In this document: positions 6,437-10,311 of the stretch, piece by piece
How positions within the stretch are numbered: the first letter of the stretch is position 1
How the letters are laid out: each line of letters opens with the position of its first letter
Assembly: GCA_045863855.1 (NCBI GenBank)
Contig: BTVV01000175.1
Location: forward strand, 1 to 10,311
Source: Planctomycetota bacterium
GTDB taxonomy: Bacteria > Planctomycetota > SZUA-567 > H5-PLA8
Length of the DNA: 10,311 nucleotides
Direction: 5' to 3'
Position numbers and translations under genes: made by a program
The notes under the pieces: generated by a model
The model's database searches: none
Told to the model about the DNA's origin: nothing
Seen by the model: only the letters and a program-made list of their open reading frames with translations

Positions 6437-9262
6437 TTATCGCCTTTCTATCAGTTCCAGAACCTCCGTTAAAAGCTGCGTCCTCTGTATGCCCCCTCCT
6501 TTGCCTTGCTTTGAGATCAGGAGGCCTTTTTTACGGAACCAGGGAACGACATTCTTGCGCAGCGTCTCCGCCTTGCTTTTCGTGCGAATGGCCAAATCCT
6601 CCAGATTCAACTGCGCTGTATCAGTGAAGGCTCTTGCCACGGCGAGGTATCCGCTTTTGCCTCGAATTTCTCGAACCAGCGCGTCAACGGGGCGCAGAGC
6701 CTCTGCCTCCACAGGGGCAAGGGATGGTTTCGGCTGCAGGCCCAAGCTACGCGCATTTTCGATGAGAAGGTCACGAACGTACGCCACATGCGCCGGCCCC
6801 ACGAGCAAATCCGGACCAACAGATAGCATCGCTAGATTCGAGGCTGCCGTGGCCCACGACAGAACCATGCCCTCGACCTGCTCCCCCAACAGCAGGGGAA
6901 ACGATTCTATGCCGAATGCGGCGCGCAGTTCAGAGGCGGTCTTTTGGACAAGATCCAGCGTATCATCGCTGACTTTCCAACGCGCCGGTTCGTGACACTC
7001 CTTCGACCAGTTATGCGCAACTAACCGGCGGAGAGTTTCGACCGCAAAGGGGGAGCGACGCGGGGTGATCCCATCTACAGGATCCCTAGCTAGCGATAAA
7101 AAGAGATCGAAGCGTGCCAAATCGGGGCCGTGCAAATAGGGTACTGTATCCCACGGATGGGCGAAATCGGCCATCTTCTTCAGACCCGGCGGATTGGCCA
7201 CGAATGCTAGGCGCGTACGCGTCCGGAACGTGCCCGTTGCCAGTTTGCGGTAGACAAAGAGCCCATCGCGCCGCGCGTCGCGCAGGTCTTGCCAGATGGC
7301 CGGATCGAGGGCGTGCGCCTCGCTGACCACCAGCAGTTTGCGGTCAAGCTCCGGAATCTCACCCGGCGCGACCTGGTCGCCTCTGGGAATCGCGAGCAGG
7401 CCGGTAGCTGAGGTGGCTTTGCTGTCGGCCTTCCGCCCCATCTGTAGGAATCCGGCCATCTGCTCCAGACAGAAACTCTTGCCCAAGGACGTATCTCCAA
7501 TGATAAAAATAGATGACGCGCCACCGCGGTGAATACCCCCAATATTAGGGATGCAATACGGAGACGCATACAGGAGCCAAAACCAGCGCACCATACGGAA
7601 ATTGCCCGCCGTCTTGCGAAGATGGAGCTTCTCGAAGAACGCCAAGGTCTGCGCATCGATGAGGGCCCCGATCCTATCCTGGCCGTCTTGAGGATGGATC
7701 ACGAAGTCACTCAAGGAATCCAGTTCAGGCCCGTGAGGCCGGAAGCGTTCCTCTGGGCTCAGGGTGGGGAAAAAATCCTCGGACACAAGGGCAAGCCTAC
7801 CGCTGTAACGACTACGAACGGAGCGAACCTCAAACTCGTATTCCTTGCCGGCATTCAGCGGTTTGTCATTTCTGATGAGCAGAGTTGCGGCCTCGGGGAC
7901 TCGCTCGATAAGGGGCAGCACTTCGACTACCTGGCAAGCACGCAAAGGCTCCGGATCCTGCAAACGGACTACAGGGTTGGCGGCACACCGAGCTGCCTTC
8001 TGGAGGGATTTCTCAAGTATTGCTACACGTTTGGAGTCCTGGTTGCGTGGCAGATCTGTCAAAAATTCAGAAGGTATGCTGATCGAGCAAGATGTACCGG
8101 CCTGCGCGGCCTCCTTGCAAGCCCAGCAATCGCTACGCTCCTCCCTGGCTTCGAGACATGCCCATTCGACCCGTTGGTGCACCAGCATGGCTGGTTCGAC
8201 GCTCCTGACCCGAGCATTAAGGAGGTAGGAATTACCATGGGTCTCTGCACGCTTCAGTTCAGGAAGCGTTTTGTGGTTTAGTCCATGCCAATGAGTTGGA
8301 CGGCGCAGCAGCGCAGGCAACCGCCCATGCCAATGCGCGTAGGTAGGAGCGTGCTCAAGCACATCGGCTACCATCGCTTGAAATGCTTTGGTCGAAGGAC
8401 CGTCATTACCATCAACATTCAGGGTTCGGACAAATGCGTCTATCAAAGGCTGTAGCCAGGTATCTTCTGGCAGGGAGGGATTCTTGATCCCGCCCAGATC
8501 CATGACGGATAGGCGCAGCGCATTGCGATCCGCATACATCTGAAACTTTGCCAGCCAATCCATGGCTTCAGGTGCATAGTTCCACGCAACACCCAAATTG
8601 TAGGGCCAAAATACGACCTGAAATAGTGCTTCGGTTTTCAGCAGAATCACGAAATGCTCGAATAGTTCCGGCGTCCAAGCACCCGGAAACAAGATGGCCA
8701 CCGCTCGCAAACCAAGGAGGTTGAGCGCGGAAGCCTCGTAGGGGCTGAAGGTGATGGAGAGCGTCTGAATGGGTGGCTGGCGTTGGCGCAGTTGCTGCAG
8801 ATCGAGGATATACAGTCCTGCAGAACCCCCCATTCGAAGCAATCCATGTTCGGTCGAAAGCTGGTACACAGCAACCTGGTGGTCGTAATGCACCCATAAG
8901 CGGCCAACCTTGAGCATAGGATTCATTTCGAGGGCATCGCCGGTCGCCGACCATTGCAGTAACCTGGAGCGAAGCATGGCATCCGTACCGACATCACTGG
9001 TAAACGCATTCACTATCTCCTCCAAATGCTCCGGTAAACAGCAGGCCAGGTGTCCGGAGCGCTCGATGATTCGGAACTGACCATCCGGGTTCAGAGCTTC
9101 GCAAGCGGATATTTCACGCACGGGGGCAGCACTCGTGATACTGCGCGGAAAAGTGTGTGGGGCCGCTCTCTGGGTACTCAACAAATCATGGTATTCAAAG
9201 AGGGGCGACTGAAAACAAGATACGAAATGATCCAGGATCAAGTTCTCAAGCATCGGACGCAT
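6437..9262 (-). CDS. Degenerate DnaG/TOPRIM-like primase domain fused to an MCM-family AAA+ helicase and a C-terminal winged helix (941 aa; the start may be ATG 9253)
   Basis: MCM motifs appear in the expected order: Cys cluster CLEAREERSDCWAC…C (~8090-8160), Walker A IIGDTSLGKS (GDTSLGKS 7475-7498), SATGL, PGEIPELDRKLLVVSE (Walker B position 7319-7336), RTRLAFVANP (sensor 1) and DLARFDL (Arg finger 7103-7123). The N-terminal ITFSPYEASALNLLGLRAVAI…PG…VVFWPYN resembles TOPRIM (ITEG..DAL.L…G..AVA..G…V…DND). The C-terminal LRKNVVPWFRKKGLLISKQGKGGG is wHTH-like. Confidence 0.85.
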   Translation of the reverse strand: MRPMLENLILDHFVSCFQSPLFEYHDLLSTQRAAPHTFPRSITSAAPVREISACEALNPDGQFRIIERSGHLACCLPEHLEEIVNAFTSDVGTDAMLRSRLLQWSATGDALEMNPMLKVGRLWVHYDHQVAVYQLSTEHGLLRMGGSAGLYILDLQQLRQRQPPIQTLSITFSPYEASALNLLGLRAVAILFPGAWTPELFEHFVILLKTEALFQVVFWPYNLGVAWNYAPEAMDWLAKFQMYADRNALRLSVMDLGGIKNPSLPEDTWLQPLIDAFVRTLNVDGNDGPSTKAFQAMVADVLEHAPTYAHWHGRLPALLRRPTHWHGLNHKTLPELKRAETHGNSYLLNARVRSVEPAMLVHQRVEWACLEAREERSDCWACKEAAQAGTSCSISIPSEFLTDLPRNQDSKRVAILEKSLQKAARCAANPVVRLQDPEPLRACQVVEVLPLIERVPEAATLLIRNDKPLNAGKEYEFEVRSVRSRYSGRLALVSEDFFPTLSPEERFRPHGPELDSLSDFVIHPQDGQDRIGALIDAQTLAFFEKLHLRKTAGNFRMVRWFWLLYASPYCIPNIGGIHRGGASSIFIIGDTSLGKSFCLEQMAGFLQMGRKADSKATSATGLLAIPRGDQVAPGEIPELDRKLLVVSEAHALDPAIWQDLRDARRDGLFVYRKLATGTFRTRTRLAFVANPPGLKKMADFAHPWDTVPYLHGPDLARFDLFLSLARDPVDGITPRRSPFAVETLRRLVAHNWSKECHEPARWKVSDDTLDLVQKTASELRAAFGIESFPLLLGEQVEGMVLSWATAASNLAMLSVGPDLLVGPAHVAYVRDLLIENARSLGLQPKPSLAPVEAEALRPVDALVREIRGKSGYLAVARAFTDTAQLNLEDLAIRTKSKAETLRKNVVPWFRKKGLLISKQGKGGGIQRTQLLTEVLELIERR

Positions 9263-9289
9263 CCTTCTAGAGTCGAGTATTCAATTTAC

Positions 9290-9570
9290 CAAGCAAATGG
9301 GGGAATGGAAATCTGCCATGGTAGGCCCCGAAGTACAGGCACCCACGGCTGCTCAATGCCGAGATGAGGCTACACTTGAAGTGGTTTCCCGCCACCTCCA
9401 CGACCGGCGTATGCCCCTGCAAGCCATACGCTCTGCCGCAACCGTCTGCTGGCAATCGCGAGCATGGACTGGACTAGGTTGGTAGCTCGAATCACCGTTC
9501 GCAGCAGCATGGCTTAGGATTGCCGAACTCGGGTGATGCCGTGCAGGCGGAACTTTAAGCCAATTGAAAC
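9290..9570 (-). mobile_element. IS630-family transposase remnant (frameshifted)
   Basis: ORF 9267..9455 LPADGCGRAYGLQGHTPVVEVAGNHFKCSLISALSSRGCLYFGAYHGRF matches the IS630 DDE segment LRSD…GRSY…GQTPV…G.RF.CNMISAITNRG.L.F…GRF. An upstream frame has NWLK…AILSHAAANG, loosely like the WL…YPAI…A.AEG segment. Confidence 0.7.
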
Positions 9571-9690
9571 CGCTTTCAGGGACGTGGGCGGAGTAGTAGC
9601 GGCATCCACCCACCTAAATCTCGGGCCCAATAGGGTTAGTATTCCATACGCCCCGCGTCGGCGGTTCCGGCCGTCGTGTGCACTTACGGC

Positions 9691-9807
9691 CTAGCTGCGG
9701 TCGCGCAACCCCTGCGCCGCCTCCTTATAGACCTGGTCCAGCGCACCTCACTCTTCCACAACCGCGTGCTCTAACGCTTGACCTGCTGGTTCTGTGCGGC
9801 CGGTCAT
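9691..9807 (-). pseudogene. Possible IS3-family OrfB fragment in inverted orientation
   Basis: MTGRTEPAGQALEHAVVEE*GALDQVYKEAAQGLRDRS* resembles the segment just before the second catalytic Asp in this IS3 subgroup (SGKA.TAE.ALE.AL..RFG.L..V…L.LRSDNG). Confidence 0.45.
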
Positions 9808-9825
9808 AGTCGCATCTCGTCCGCG

Positions 9826-10131
9826 ATCCGGCACGACAACGGGCTGGTCTTCGGATCGCGCCTTTTTCGAGGGGTGGTGCGGGATTACGAATTGCGCCAG
9901 GAGTTCATCACGCCGTACACGCCGGAACAGAATGGCCTGGCGGAGCGATTCATCCGGAGCTTGAAGGAAGAATGCGTGTGGCAGCGTCGGTTCGAGTCGC
10001 TGGAGGAGGCGCGCGCGGCGATCGGAAAGTGGGTGGCGTGGTACAACGCGGAGCGTCCGCATCAGGCGCTGAAGTATCGCACGCCGGACGAAGCGAACGC
10101 GGAGGCGCTGCGCGCGACGGCCGCAGCGTGA
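9826..10131 (+). mobile_element. IS3-family transposase OrfB, C-terminal integrase core (5' truncated)
   Basis: IRHDNGLVFGS…QEFITPYTPEQNGLAERFIRSLKEECVW…WYNAERPHQALKYRTP contains the second D and the E of the DDE triad. The first D, the HTH and OrfA are missing. Confidence 0.92.
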
Positions 10132-10144
10132 ACGCAAGGCAATC

Positions 10145-10251
10145 CATGGAGCAAGGTCGGAGCGAAGGCCTGGGAACCGAGCGCCCGCATGCCAGCGGTG
10201 CGCGAAACGGAGGAAGCACGCGAGCCTGAGTTTTCCACGGCTTGTTCCATG
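10145..10251. repeat. Imperfect inverted repeat downstream of the IS3 fragment
   Basis: CATGGAGCAAG (10145-55) pairs with CTTGTTCCATG (10241-51) at 10/11 positions, and the remaining position is a G-U pair. Confidence 0.45.
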
Positions 10252-10311
10252 CAAAAGGGTAGTGTCCGTCAAGTTTCGCACTTTGGTTTTGGGTAGAGCC
10301 TCTCGGTCTGG

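Noticed and set aside
7529..8281. 250-aa plus-strand ORF (and similar ORFs at 6381-6995 and 5171-5668)
   Set aside because: Antisense to the MCM or vWA genes, which carry the conserved motifs.
6437..9262. BREX BrxL or ComM/Mg-chelatase identity for the large ATPase
   Set aside because: No Lon-protease-like domain is visible, no brx/pgl genes are in the window, and the motif spacing plus Cys cluster fit MCM better. A profile search is still needed to exclude these.
9748..10281. 177-aa minus-strand ORF
   Set aside because: Mostly antisense to the IS3 integrase core. Only its last ~20 codons are informative, and these are reported separately.

Overview
Accessory, decaying mobile-element-like region, probably from a high-GC bacterium. 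The left-hand genes resemble Planctomycetota families; that is inference from remembered motifs, not a search. Left to right: (1) the tail of an upstream ORF and a small gene broken by an in-frame TGA (54-329); (2) two intact + strand genes for secreted proteins (502-1647; ~1763-3667) followed by a hairpin; (3) a decayed stretch with an IS66 transposase C-terminus between two IS66-right-end-like direct repeats, plus a broken DnaG-type CHC2 zinc finger; (4) a visibly more AT-rich minus-strand cassette (4226-9262); (5) IS630 and IS3 transposase remnants. The cassette encodes a 941-aa fusion of a degenerate DnaG/TOPRIM-like domain, an MCM-type AAA+ helicase and a winged helix. Next come a RavA/MoxR ATPase reduced to its lid and C-terminal part, and a ViaA-like vWA protein. 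This cassette is the best candidate for an undescribed system. All three components have altered or missing catalytic motifs, yet the two large ORFs remain open. All family calls come from motif recognition by eye.
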